Shown here piece by piece: positions 1 to 13,410 of a DNA stretch of 64,000 nucleotides. Each line of letters opens with the position of its first letter. Position 1 is the first letter of the stretch. The stretch covers positions 18,786,001 through 18,850,000 of the forward strand of contig OZ365118.1 of the NCBI GenBank assembly GCA_977030845.1, written 5' to 3'. Made by a program: the position numbers and the translations under genes. The notes below the pieces were generated by a model. That model did no database searches and had not been told where the DNA came from. It saw nothing but the letters and a program-made list of their open reading frames with translations. The stretch is from Fimbriosthenelais zetlandica. Lineage: Eukaryota.

Positions 1-395
1 TTTTTAATAAGTTTCTGCATGTAGGCTACAGATGAATGGCAAATACACGACTGGATTATTTCTCAGAATTTCTCCACTTCAATCCAATCCTTCAAACATT
101 CCCTATGAAATCTGAACTCGAAAAATGTTATATTTTACAATCAAAGAAATGACAAAATATGATACTTCCCGAACCAAGTTTGTTCAGAACACTGCTTTGC
201 TCCGAGCAACTTTATAAGCGACAGCTCCATAAGTCTGGTCCTGGGAGGAATGAGAGGGCGCTTTGAATACATCAAACGACTGAGAGGATAAACCCCAGCA
301 TCGATTCACCTCCCTGCTTCATCCTCTCCTCAAGAAGATACATTCCTCTTATCCCACACAACCACTATAACCCCCAGGATTTACCAGGTCCGGGG

Positions 396-441
396 GTACT
401 GCCCCATTATGTGACTGCCGTACTGCCCCATTATGTGACTG
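396..441. repeat. Tandem duplication of GTACTGCCCCATTATGTGACTG (24-bp period)
   Basis: Seen directly. Confidence 0.85.
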
Positions 442-3400
442 GGGTGTGCTAGCGGGGGTTCTTTTATCCACCCGTAATGGCACGAGCTTCCTCGTAACAG
501 CAGATTTTAATGGACAAAACCTGACTTTATATTGACTCATTCGTGCTGTTATAACAAGAAGGTTTCCTTGGGTCAACGGATGATAATTTTGGTAGAAATA
601 AATGGTTTCATTTTTTTTAAATGAATGCTAATGGGTTTTGGGTGGAGGGAGATGTTTGGTAAATGGATAAATATGATATTTTATATATCGAGGAGTGACA
701 CCCCATAGAATCCTTCACTGAGGAAGGATCATAGACAGGAATCGTTGAGATTTTACTCCAGCCAATCCCGACCATCGATCTCCCTGCCTCTGTCTCCAAT
801 ACAGAGCTGTAGGCAAACTGTGAACCAAGCAAAGTGTGGCAAAGCACCCTGTTAACAAGAAAAACCACCCACTTCCTACCCTTCACAGCCTGCCGCGCCC
901 TCCCTACAGCGCCAATTACATGATAAGAACTGCAGCATAGCTCAAGCCACTTAAAGCGCTACAGATGCAGTTAGAAAAGAAGGCAATACTGAAGTAGAAC
1001 ATTAACATCCCTGCATATGCTCAGTACATTGATAAATGTACTGGCTGGAGGACATAACGGTGCCATGGTTGCTCAGGCTTTAAAAGCCGAGTAGTGTGTG
1101 GTGGAGGTGTATGGGGGAGTCAGGGGAGGGTGCCAGGCCCCACCACTGTCCACCAGAGGGGACCGTTACGTAAAAAATGCACGAGCGATGCCCCTTACCA
1201 CTGCCTAATGGCATACATCTTTTTTAGGAAATGGTCCCAGAGCTATTTTCTGTGAATTTGTGGGTAGTTTGATGGTCAGTTAAAGGAAGTAGAAGCAGCG
1301 ATACTTTCCACTCATATCACTTGATAACAGCATTCATATACAAAGCCGTGATATCCGCACAATGGGAGGCTGGCTCTTATACAATAGCCAGACTCATAAC
1401 TGATATTCTATGGCAAGTAGGGGGAGAAAACTTCCTCCGCAAAGTGCCAGCTTCTATCTGCATTTGCATCCATTATGCGCAGTATATCCAGGCAGTCCCC
1501 GCCATTTGAAATGAATACAATGGCCAGAAAAAAACAGCAAAAATTAAAGAATGGATATACATTAAGATCTTCAGCAAGGTTTTTATATCAGTAATGGGGT
1601 AAGGCTTTTGTTCCCTGATATGTCAGCGCAATATGTACTTTGCTCCTAGAATGAGGGATACATGCATGGGGAGGCTATAGCCGGAGATGGTTTTTTTTAT
1701 CCTGAGGCAACCTTTCTAGATTGCAGACAACAGGTCTCGTAATTGCATTCTTTCTGGCACCTTTCATGCGGCCACAGGTCCAGCCTTGCATACACTCAAG
1801 TCATACAAAATAAGTTTTGGCGGAAAAAAGGACCCTACATAATATCAAGGGACAGTGTGAAAGACAAAAAAACGCTCCTGAAGCAAGCAGGCGAAAATAT
1901 CACATAAATTACCCTTAGGGCATTCTCTTCACACAACCCGGCAGAGACAAGCCATTTCGCCTATGACGATGGTATTAATTATTTGCTTATACCTTGCACA
2001 CTTTCATTGACCTCTTGTGCTATGTGTTGCCGGTAAGGAACACAAATAGCATGAAAAATGTATGCTCACCTTTATATGACACATCTCACGGGCTGGAGGA
2101 GGGACAGAGCGCCATCATGTGGCTAGAGGCGGGATCATGAAGCGTTTAGTAAACTCTCCTGGCTGGAGGACTATAGGGCTTACTGTAGGCGGGTCTACCA
2201 GGCCTACACTGCCCCTACAGGCCACCAAGTCTCTTTGATCCTTTCTAAGACTCGATCCTGGTATGTCCAAGCTGTATGCATACAGTTCTCCTACTGTGTT
2301 ACACCATGGCTTACACAGCCTGCTTACATCACAATACTCAACCAATGCTCTCAAAAATCTCTTCACCGTCTTTAAAATTCACAAAACGTTCAAAGAGAAC
2401 TTTCTCAGATGAGTGGCGCACTTTGTGTGATTTGATTTCACCAATTCGTGCCTGGTTTGGAGCTGTGTACACGTGTACAAATAAAGACCGATCCGCAGAA
2501 TAATGAAATCATTCCAGCTCAGTTAGTCAATGATGCTTTTCGTTTTGTTCAAAGGGTCCTGGTGGCGGGGTGGGTAGTTTGACACGGAGGGCACAGGTCC
2601 AGGTGGAGCGGTGCACTCCTCCAGGCGGGAGACGATCAGAGACGAGTGATTCAATGTCCTGACTACAGGGATCTGACCAGAGTTCTCTAGCTGTCCCAGA
2701 GGCAATAAGAGCAGTATAATGTACTCACATTACCCGGGTTCAAACAGGCTGTAACGGGCGCTGAATGCCGACACCTTTAAGAAGTGTCTACTCCACTGTG
2801 GCTGAGTGGTATGATGAGAGAGCAGCTCAACCTTACCACGAGTTGATCCCCTAGCGGAGTGAGCTTCCGTCCGTGGTTGGTGGTGGTGCTAGACCACCTG
2901 GCCGCACCCCGCACAGCAAGCAAGATCCACAAACACTTTTTGGACTCTGATCTGACACCAATTAGCCCCAAAGACACATGAGCGCAATGCCTCAGTGGCC
3001 AGGAGCAGTTGTGGACAATGGATTAAGGTTTTTTAACACCTGGAGGATGGTGGGATGTTGGTGTTGGCGGGCGGCGTTGTTGTGGGAGAGTAAGTGATGC
3101 AGGAAGAAGGGAAGGTTTGGTGTAGAGCTAACCATGGGTGATGAGGGGAGGAGGGGGGAGAGGGGAGAGGGGGGCGGGGGGAGAGGGGGCTCCTCCACTA
3201 CTACTGATCTCACAGTCGGCTACTGCTGAATCTGCTCAATGACTTTCACCCTCATATTCATATTCTCTTCATCTCCCTCCCTCTGTCTCTCCTCCCCTCC
3301 CTCTCCCTTCATTTCTTCCTACATATTTCTTTGTAAGTCTTGCTCGAATTCTGGCTACCGTCTCTCCATTTCTCGCAACTTCTTTATCTTTACTTCACAT

Positions 3401-4247
3401 CACTCTGTTGTCTATCACTATATAAGATCAATTAAACTTTATATTCAAGAGCAATGCTCTGAACAGTTGTAAATACATGCCAGTTCATGCGCTTATATGT
3501 ATACATGTATGTAGACTCTTTAATGAACAAGTGGCTGAGAGAAATCTATAATTATAATATTCAGTTTCCGGAAGCCACGCCTTGTTCTTCCTGTCTCTCT
3601 GTCCCTCAGTCACAGTTTTTTCCTCCACTTTTCCTCCTGTTATTCCATGGCCATTTCCTCCTCCATCAATTTCTCTTCTCATCTCCATCTCCCACTCCTC
3701 TTTACACCACCACCTGCTTAAATTCCCTCACTCCTCCACCCATCCCCCTGCCAATCTTTTAATTTGATCTTCATTTGGAAGGAACATGGTTTATTTAGCT
3801 AGTGGTCGGGTGCAATTTGAACACAAAAACCCGCGCCTCTGCGCCATGGCTGTTTTGCTTTATGTCAACAAAGCATCAGTATTTATGTGGAAACCAAGAG
3901 AAAGTTGACTAAATGAGGCGGGATTTGATTGATGTGGCGGTGTTGGATGACAGTTTAAAAATCAGATGAAATAAAACACTCTCAGGATTCCAAAAATGAT
4001 CCTCAGCTCAGGGGGTACTAGATCCCCGTAAGGTGCGGGAGAGGATCAAACGGTGGTTAACATAAGCACGGTCAATACCACTCAATACCACCACCGTCCA
4101 CCAGCCCGTTATTTAATATTCCAGCTGGATCACATTTTTCCCCTTTTCCCGCTCTGTCCTTGCGGGCAAATTACTGGAATTTCATTTGCTTCTGGGAGTT
4201 GAGTCAGAGAAAAGGCTGACTTTGTTCTCAAGCCAATCCACACTTAC

Positions 4248-4296
4248 CAGCAACGTAAGGAGGTGGAGCGTGGGGCCTTTTGTAAACACTATTCAT
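4248..4296 (-). CDS. Candidate start exon: MNSVYKRPHAPPPYVA
   Basis: Acceptor ctcttgtttgtag at 4323, stops in all frames before the ATG, strong donor CTG|gtaagt; downstream exons not resolved. Confidence 0.3.
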
Positions 4297-6340
4297 AACT
4301 GATGATTAATATTTCACACTATCTACAAACAAGAGCTTTCCCTTCATGAAAACCCAGCAGCGCCGCCATGCTAAAGGCGGCCCTCGACAGGCCTAACACC
4401 TCCAGAGACAAGCGAGCTTTTAAGGGAAAAAATAACTTCCCTCAGACTGGCAAGTCCATTTCAATCGGAGCTATAGCAAACAGGGAGAGGAAATTGCCTT
4501 AGAAGGCGAAAAACAGAAAACTTAATTATCAAATTAACAGTCTTTATTGGCTCCGCGGTGTCCGGGACAAATGAGCCACTTAAGCTCTGGTGAAGGAAGG
4601 AATTTGTTCCGGCCTACATTTTCCACTCAATCAATATCCCATTTCACTCACTAGCCTTGATATTATTTTAATACTCTTTTTTATTGCCATGCCTGCCAAT
4701 ACCAGCTTTTTGATGGTGGAAAAAGCGTGGTAAAACAGTGTGGGCTTGTGAGTATAAAGTTGATTGATTTCAATAAGGGAGGGGAGTGAGTGTGGTGGCG
4801 GTGTGAATTGTGACATATTCAGCGTTTGTGCCGCTGTTTGTGCATCGTTAGGGAACAGGGAGTGGCGAGGACTGCTTGTTAGACTTGACATATATGCCAT
4901 GTTGTCTTTGGAAATACGGCTGTCTGCTGAGCCGGCAGAGTGTGCAACCAACCAACACTCTTTGATCTATACACTTCTGTGGGAGGTGGTGTGCGGCAAT
5001 TGGCAGAGGGAGGAGAAATATGTATGACGAAGTAAAGCTAGACCACGTCCATGTACACACTCCAGTCACCATCTAATTTACTCACCATACTTTCACCCAC
5101 TAAGTCTGGTACTCTTCAAATCTACCACAGCCTACATTCATACATCCTAAAGATACCTCAGACCTGACTAATGTCCAACCCTTGAGCAATCCGCAATGCT
5201 AAATCTCTTTTGATCTTTTCCCTCTGGTTCGAAAATTAATTCTGGGTATAGGAATATTACTAGCAAACTTAAATTTCAGTTTCTTATAATTATCAAGTGA
5301 CATTTATAAAGGATCAAGATCAATTTCTTGGTTGAGCAAAAAGGTGAAAGCCATTACTGTTGTCTATCTACAATTCAATAGGTCTTAGAGCATATCATCT
5401 TGATATTTCTAGATGAAAGAGCATTTGTGTGGTCGTTCAAAGCGTAAGCAGCTTTCAGTAAATGTCATGCAAATGAATATAACTATTTCTATGGTAGCCG
5501 TGGCATTTCAAACTCATCATCAAACGATTTTCACTCGGTTTCTGTCTAGATTTTACCTTGTAAAGATTGGATGCAGGATGTAATATGGCTTAATCAATGT
5601 GGTCAAAAATGTGCTTCACGGTAGTTCAACTTTAATAAAAGCCCACCCACGTTAAGAATAGTGTCGCACTGAAGATAGTTAACTTTGATTTAATGGATTG
5701 CCCTCTCAGACGGGGAAACCTGAGCACGTTTCTAACAGAATGTGTTATTTGTTATCATAACGTGTTATTTTACACCTGCTGGGGTGTGAATCTTGTAGCG
5801 GTAGTGATCATTAGTAAGCAGAGTGAGCATGGTTCCAGCTCACACCCAGCTCAGGTGTCAGGTATAGCAGAGTCAGGTGTTTTATTTATATGTCTCATGG
5901 TTCATGCCACCTTGACCAGTGCTTGATCAGAATGTTAACCTTATAGATGCTTACCAGAAGCCAGCATCAGAAACTCCATATATATGTTATATGTGAAACT
6001 CCTGATACGCTTATTAGAAACGATCATTAAGGTGAACACACATCAAGTGCTCAAAACATACAATATAACATATATTTCACTGGGGAAACATGTAATGGAA
6101 ACATATATACGAACAAGAAAACAGGGCACAAATGCAATGAATAGAAACCTGACAAGAGACATGTAAACTTGGATATGAGATTCTTGTTCTAAAGTAAGCT
6201 TTTTTGTATCAGGCAACAAACACCTACCATCAGAAATTGTCTCGACAAACGCCAAATCTTTGAAATATAATTTCTATATCCCTTTCTTCTATAAATTGGT
6301 AGCATGATATAACAATATGTCAGAATGTACATATCCTCAC

Positions 6341-6421
6341 CTTACATGGCCTGAGTGTGAAGTCATCATCTTCTTATTGTAGGACTGGAAGGTCGCCTGT
6401 CCTTGGTTGAACTTGAACATC
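6341..6421 (-). CDS. Candidate isolated exon: xMFKFNQGQATFQSYNKKMMTSHSGHVx
   Basis: Acceptor ttccttctgtggcag, donor AAG|gtgagg (alternative CAT|gtaagg), 81 nt, single open frame; no partner exons established. Confidence 0.4.
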
Positions 6422-7589
6422 CTGCCACAGAAGGAATCAGTAAGATAGATCAGTGAAAGTTGATCATTACTCAAAGACATGCAGCTCTGTGATTCTATGT
6501 ATTATGCTATTATCTCTGAACCAGGAGACAGGGTAGTCTTATTTTAGGCTTTCTGAAAGGCAGTCTCAGGAGTGCACGCTACCAATTAATACCCACCTTT
6601 ACCTTCTAATCAAGTATCAGTTTATACAAAGGTGGCAGCTGTGAAATAATATCTGCCTTCTATTTTGACTATTGAGGAATGATAGGGATCATTAAAAGGG
6701 TAAGAGGCATTGAATATAACAGATAGAACTGATGCCAGTCTCGCTCAGACACCCACTTCAGGAATCTCTTGAGTATTGTGATATAAGACTCAAGCACTGA
6801 ATATAAAAGAATTGTCAAACGTATTCAATCCAACCACACCCATTTCTACTTTCACTAAATGGAATATGGTAAAAAGCTAAGAACCTTATGAAAAAACATA
6901 TAGATGAATATAATGAAAATGGGTTATTTTGTAATACTTTCCGCGACATATCGGCATTATATTCTACCGCACTGGGGTCTTAACTTCCCATTATCTGACT
7001 TCAAAACATAAGTGCAAATTGTGCACAAGGAATGTACAAGACATCTGTGAGCCACAGTGACTAGGGAAGTCTGGTGCACAAAAAGACATTTTTTATCCAG
7101 CACGTTTTTAATCCTTAATCACAATGGATGGTTTGATGACACACCACGGCTCTTTTCCTAATTCCTTTCTTTCTTTTGCCTTTTTTAACCGAGAATATCA
7201 ATTATCATCAGATATCAATAAATCAAAGGAAATACACGCTTCATTGAACAGGGAGATAAGAAAAATCAAGCACCTCTTCCCCAAGCTCCTGTAACCCACT
7301 TTTATTCCTCTCTTATCTCCTCCTTTTGGTTAAGATACACTCTCTTATCTGATGGGAGATAAGGAAGTGAGTGACAAGGCCTATCTTCAGGTAGCTGATA
7401 CCGGGCTGGATGGGGGATAGGGAAGGCACTGAGGCCACAATGTAAGGCAAATAGGGCGGCGCCTTTAAAAGTCTGCCTCGTACCACTGATGGATTGTGGC
7501 TTTCCTTGGGTCGGCAGGCGGAAAATCCTGCACGAAGGGAAACAGGCGGCTCGTCTCATCGCCTCATGGTGGAGATTTATCATCAAGTA

Positions 7590-7910
7590 GAGACTGTGGT
7601 AGAGAGGGAGAGAGAGAGGGTAAAGAGGGGACAGGGGGAAAGGGAAGTGAAGATGAAGGGGAAGAGGATAAGGAATAGTTCCGAAAGGGGAAAAGAATAA
7701 TAAATAGGAATGGGATATAAGAATTGAGAAAGGGCTGGAAGGGAGAAAGGAAGTAAGAAATGAAGGGAGATGGAAGAAGAAGGAGGAAGAAAGGAAGGAG
7801 GGACTGAGCGAAGATAGGAAGGAAGGAAGGAAGGAAGGATAGAAGGAGGGTAGGAAGTTAGGAAGAAGGAAGGAAGAAGGAAGTAATAATAGAAAGACCA
7901 AATGAAGGAA
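7590..7910. repeat. Purine-rich low-complexity tract (GGAA/GA-type); explains spurious ORF 7302-7970
   Basis: Seen directly. Confidence 0.85.
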
Positions 7911-10900
7911 GGTCAGACATATTAGATGAGCATAGTGTGAGTGAGTTAGTGGAGTTGCTCCTGTTTTCACTCAACACCAACAAGTGCCTGAAATGAGCAA
8001 CTGGAGGGGTGTGTGCGGCGTGTAATCATGGAGGTACAGGAGAGGGGAGGGATGTTCTTCATGTTAGCCCGCCCGGAACCTTCTCTATCATCTCCTCCTC
8101 CCCCGGCTTCTAGTCTGATTATTACCCATTCACAAACCCTCGCCCACTTCTTCTCCCATCAACTCATTTAAGTACTCTCTCTCTCTCATTCTTTTCATTC
8201 CTCTTTGAACAAAGTCGCCAAAAAATAGGAGTAACATGAGCGGAGTTAAATCCGGTTGGAAGTTCATTTTCTGCCTGAGTGACATGATCTGTGCCATCTC
8301 GGCGGGTGATTACTAAATGATTATTAGCGTCTCAGTCCTAGTGATTCCTGATTAATGATTACAGTGAATCAGGCCGTGAAATAACGTGAATCATCTTACA
8401 TCAGGTCGACATTTAATAATGCTCCATCAATGTTCCCTGACTCTTTACTGGTTGTTATAATATGGAACATTATCAGACTTCTAAGTTTGATGACTTAATT
8501 AAGATTTTTAAGTTTCATATTTAAACATTTAACTAAGGGAATGATAGTGTAAAATCTAATCACTTAGATTAAGCAATGATATAATTCAGTCCAATATACT
8601 GAAGACCTAATGGATTGTTTGGGTTGAGGAGATTCCTCCAAGCCTGATGGCAGAATACATCATTTCATCCCACGACTTCAAAATATTGATAACAAGCAAT
8701 TATTTACAGGAAATTAATGGAGGAAGTCATTCTATAATTCAGGTAATGGCTATAACCAGCCTGGGGCCATGGAGGCTGAGGTGTGACACCCGCCCAGCTA
8801 AAGTGCGACACCCGCCAGCAAAGGTGTGTCTGGGTGTAGGGAAACGTGCAGTAAAAATAGTAATCACCTAGTTGACAGACAGAGCTAACCGCCTGGGGGA
8901 AGATGTCTACCTTCCTGCTATCTACAACCTGGGCGGACTGGGGGTTACATAGTACTAGGGACACGGGAGAACAGGAATACAATAGTTAAAACTTTTAGAT
9001 TTTCCTTGTAATTGTTCTGATCACACTGAAGGTATTGTTAACTTTGATAAAGGCTTTTGTAAAAGACACGAGTGAGCCGAGGAGACAGTATATGTACACT
9101 AAGATTTCCTCTAAATGACTATTATTTTTTTACAATCGGTTCATAGATTTGTTTCACTCAATGTACGCTAAACTTTGTAGCTCTAACAGCCATTAAACTT
9201 AAACCAGTTTAGGGTGTGCCACTATCAAAGACTTTTAAAACAATATTCTGTAAGAGGCACACTCATCAAAGGAAGGTAATTAGTGGCAACTTATCTAACT
9301 CTTTCACCATACAATTTTGGGTGGGACCCTTTCAATTGAATGGGTGTGAACCATTGAAAGGCTGTTCAAATGTATTTTTCAAGGATAAATGTAGAGAGGG
9401 ATCAAAGTCAATTAGCAGCTACTTAGCAACAAAAATTGTGCAGAACAATATTCCAGGCAGAAAATCAAAAGATAAGTGTTGAATATACATACCTTATACA
9501 GTCGTTGCACCACACAGCGGTCTGGCAGCTTATGGCAGTGAAAGCCGGTGGCACCTATTAATAAATGGGTTAAAAAATTGTCTTTAGTGAAATCATTAAA
9601 TTTCTGTTAACTTCGTTTCAAGTTATCGAGAATATATTTTCAGGAATTTATATATTTTAGATATATATTACATTATATGGGATAGTGAACTAACATAATG
9701 CTGTTAGTTAAAATACTAACAGGAGAGACACTAAAGACTGAGTGAGTGCCACCATAGAACTGTATTCTAGTTCTATGGTGCAACTGTGAAAGTCAGAAAG
9801 AAGGTGTAAGTTTGGCCTTAATCCATCAATTAAGAAGCTAAGTCATCTTCATCCATCCTGATCAAGCTGACCACTTTTACAGGTACTATCAAATGACCTT
9901 GTACCCTCTAACAGACCTTGGTCAGGAGAAAGCTTGTCCCACCAAGATCCACGACTCAATCTCCACGAATTAACACGCCAACCATCAATAAACCAAACAT
10001 CATATTAAACCTTTGTTCAAAAAACTACACAGGCCATGCATTAAAGATTAGCAATTAATTTTAGATTAGTACAAATTAAAAAGCTCACCCATGGGAGTGG
10101 AGATGGAGTGATTCAGGAGTTGTGAGTTTGGAGGCAGCACACGGTGATTTGGTTAAGGCATGTTTTTTCTCTCACAGTTGGTTGGATGGAGGATGGATGA
10201 GGTGTTTTGGTGGTGATTGGTGTGAGACAGGTGGGCCGCCAGGTGGTAGGTCATATATTCTACATGACCGGGTGAGATGGTGAGTCAAGGCTGAAAACAA
10301 ATAAATAAAAACCCAGTGAGAGATGGTGTGAGATATGATGATAGGATGAGAGATGAGTGAGGACAAGATGCATTCATATTATGACACACGACAAATCTAC
10401 CCACAAACACATTCCTTCATTTGCTCCAATAACATTGACAATATTTCGACCTATATAGTCTTAGATCGAACACCATTGCAACAGAGGATCTGATCTGAGC
10501 ACAAAATATTTGAAACAAATCTACATGTGAATAGAGGTATTCCAATAAGAAATTATGATTCAATTTTCAATTAAATATGTTATAAATTATCTTATCTTTG
10601 TCAGGTAAAATAATCATCATCTCTTTTGAAATAGATTAAATTTGAGATGACTTTCAATGTTGATTAAATCCACCTTTTTTTAATTACAGGTATGAAGCAA
10701 TCGTCTCACAATCCAATAATTCAGATTGCTAGAGTATATTAAGTGGTACTCTCATTATATTTCCCATTTGATAATTAAAACTTAAGTGAAATTTCATCTG
10801 ACCTTCGCAATATAACCTACTATAACAGACATGCCTGCAGCCTAGTAAGAGGTTTGGTCTAAAAACCCGCCACATATCTGGCCTGAAAATCAGCCACATA

Positions 10901-11940
10901 TCTGGCCTGATTGGATTTAGCTTTGACAATACCTTTGCATGTCCTACCGCCGTAACATTTGTCCGGCTAGTTACGCCACAAAATCAGCCATTTACTCTAT
11001 GAATTTTTCATGATTATTTGTTTATATAAGGAGCAAAATATGTAAATTATTGAAATTTGGCTCGGGGGTTCTCTTTCTAGACTTGGTTTAAAAATCAATG
11101 GCTTGGTGTTAAATGGTGCCCTGTGGTAAGGTTGAATATGGAGACATGACGGGGTGGGGGGATGGAGGGGAGGGTGGGGGGATGGAGGGGAGGCCGCAGG
11201 TACATTTAACATGGCATTTACACGAGCTTAATGACCCCCTGTCACAGCCTACATGACGACCATCCATCACCCCTCACACTACTTAACACGTCTCTATGTC
11301 ACTTCATTTGACCCGCCGAGGACCTTGAGCTTCTCTAGAAACTGGACGGGAGGGCAATATGCCTACACACGGCTTATTCTACCTCAATGTAATGTCTAAA
11401 ACTGGGACCATGGGACAGGCAAACCAGCAGTTGATTATTCCGTCTTCCAGAGTTAATATATGGTATGAAAACTATCTATAGAATAGACCAATCTTACCTC
11501 AAACTCAATATCTTATATCAAAAATCGTATGTGATACACGAGGCATATATACTCACCAATACTACCACTGTACTGACTACAAACCCAAAACTAACCTCTT
11601 ATATAGAGGGCTATGTTCTTTTTCTGTGAGACATGATTGTGTTGTCTCATTTCAAAAGACTCTAGACCTCTCAGTGACCCATATATGTAATCTATTTGTA
11701 TACAGGTAGCACCTGGTTTGAAATGTACATACAGCTAGATTGTTTTTAGTAGTATATGGAAAGTAGAAATATGGAGTGGTTCAGCAATGTGCAACCAATC
11801 TTTCTACTACTGCAGATTTATACAATAAAATTATATATTGTCAAAAAACTTTATCGTCATTCATGTTGCGAAAAGGCTGCACCATCAACTAAAAATAAAA
11901 ATTATATCTTCCCTTCTAGTCATATAGTAAAATGACTAAT

Positions 11941-12161
11941 CAGGGATGAAAGTCAAGGCACCTCAAATTCACTGAAAATTTTCTAAGCCTATTTTTCCGG
12001 GGTAGACCGGCTATGAGCGTAAGAGTCGTAAGGACCAGACATGGCATATTTCTGATGAATAAATCTAGTTTTACAGGAAATAATGGGCATAAAATAAAAA
12101 CAATTCTTAGAAAATTTCAAAACCCGGAAATCAGGGAATTCCCTGAAGACTTTCATCCCTG
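11941..12161. mobile_element. 221-bp non-autonomous DNA transposon (MITE), hAT-like termini
   Basis: Perfect 14-bp TIR CAGGGATGAAAGTC (11941-11954) / GACTTTCATCCCTG (12148-12161), internal inverted GAAAATTTTCTAAG/CTTAGAAAATTTC, flanking CTAAT duplication on both sides. Confidence 0.8.
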
Positions 12162-13099
12162 CTAATATCTTAGATCAATCAGTAATTGATCGTCTATGAC
12201 TAAGTCTGTGTATATTTGGAATAGCCAGCTTTACCTTGTTGACCTGGAGGGACTCAATAACCAAGAGGGAAACATTAAATGAGGCAGAAACATCGACCAG
12301 TCCTAACTAAGCACCATTAGTGCCAATCACACCGCCAGGGGCTCTGGTAGCAGGCGCGGGTTATGCATATTGGAGGGATGATAAATCAGTTTATGGTATC
12401 TGCCTCAATCATCTCAACCGCCGCTCATGATAATATAAGTAGCATTGTGCTTATCTCTTATATCCATCTGCTACATTAACATTATACGGGCGTTATAGGA
12501 CCTTGTGATACAGGCGGATTAGATGCATGGCAATATGCCCGCAGCCACCACTGATCGCTCTCAATGATAAAATTCAGTTGGTTGCTTTTTACAGCGATTA
12601 GGCGACCATGACTGCATACTGCAGCATGCTATCTCCGACATATAGAATATCAATTGTCTGTGCTGGACCAGATTGGCATCGCTTGATTCCAAGTGTCCAT
12701 GCTCGTCATCAAAAAATCACTTCCTTGCCAATCATTGGCAGCAGTCGGAATTACCCCACACAACTACAACTTTTTGATCCACAACTTTCTGAGTTAAAAA
12801 AGCCATCATTAAAGGGTGATTTTGGTCGGCCGTCAGTATAGTTGTCTTTACAAGTATTTGATGCCTGGATTTTGGAGTGAATTTCTCTCAATGCAAATAG
12901 TGTTAATTAATGGTGGGTGGTGGTGGGGCTCTCAGACAGCGCCCGGCCGACAAGCCTCCCTCCTTATTGTGGAGAAACCAGATCGCCCCATGCCGTCCCA
13001 ATTCCCGGATGACGAATTGGATTACTGGAATGAATTTCCAAGATGTCTTAAATTAGTTTCTGCTGCCAAAAATTCAACTAAAGAAGAGTAGGGGCTGTC

Positions 13100-13277
13100 T
13101 CATGAAGGAGCAATGTCCTGAGTGTTGACCCAAAACCATGTGAGGTCCACAGACAAGAGGCGCATGATGAGGCGAGTCGAGTCTGTTTCCTCGTGGAGGA
13201 GTTGGATGTGACGGACTGTGCACTTGCTCAGATTATCCCAGACTGAGACTGGTCGACCCAGGTCATCCCAGAACTCT
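13100..13277 (-). CDS. Gene C terminal exon: (R)EFWDDLGRPVSVWDNLSKCTVRHIQLLHEETDSTRLIMRLLSVDLTWFWVNTQDIAPS*
   Basis: Acceptor ggttttgttgtag, phase 2, TGA at 13100-13102; GC-elevated, protein-like sequence. Product not recognised. Confidence 0.65.
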
Positions 13278-13291
13278 CTACAACAAAACCC

Positions 13292-13410
13292 CAGGTCCGT
13301 CCCTGGGAGATACCACATCCCAACACCCTTACAGCATTCTATAACAGGTCCGTCCCTGGGAAATACTACATTTCAGAACCCCTTACCAACATTCTATACC
13401 AGGTCCTGCT
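13292..13410. repeat. About 2.3 copies of a 53-55 bp unit beginning CAGGTCCGTCCCTGGGA, next to the gene C terminal acceptor
   Basis: Copies start at 13292, 13345 and 13400. Confidence 0.8.

Noticed and set aside
2115-2366. ORF whose TGA could be read as selenocysteine up to a donor near 2069
   Set aside because: No selenoprotein motif and no SECIS identified.
5086-5121. Possible exon FEEYQT*WVKVW before donor GTGAGT
   Set aside because: Poor pyrimidine tract and stops in all frames.
7302-7970. Longest ORF (222 aa)
   Set aside because: Translation of a GGAA/GA low-complexity tract.
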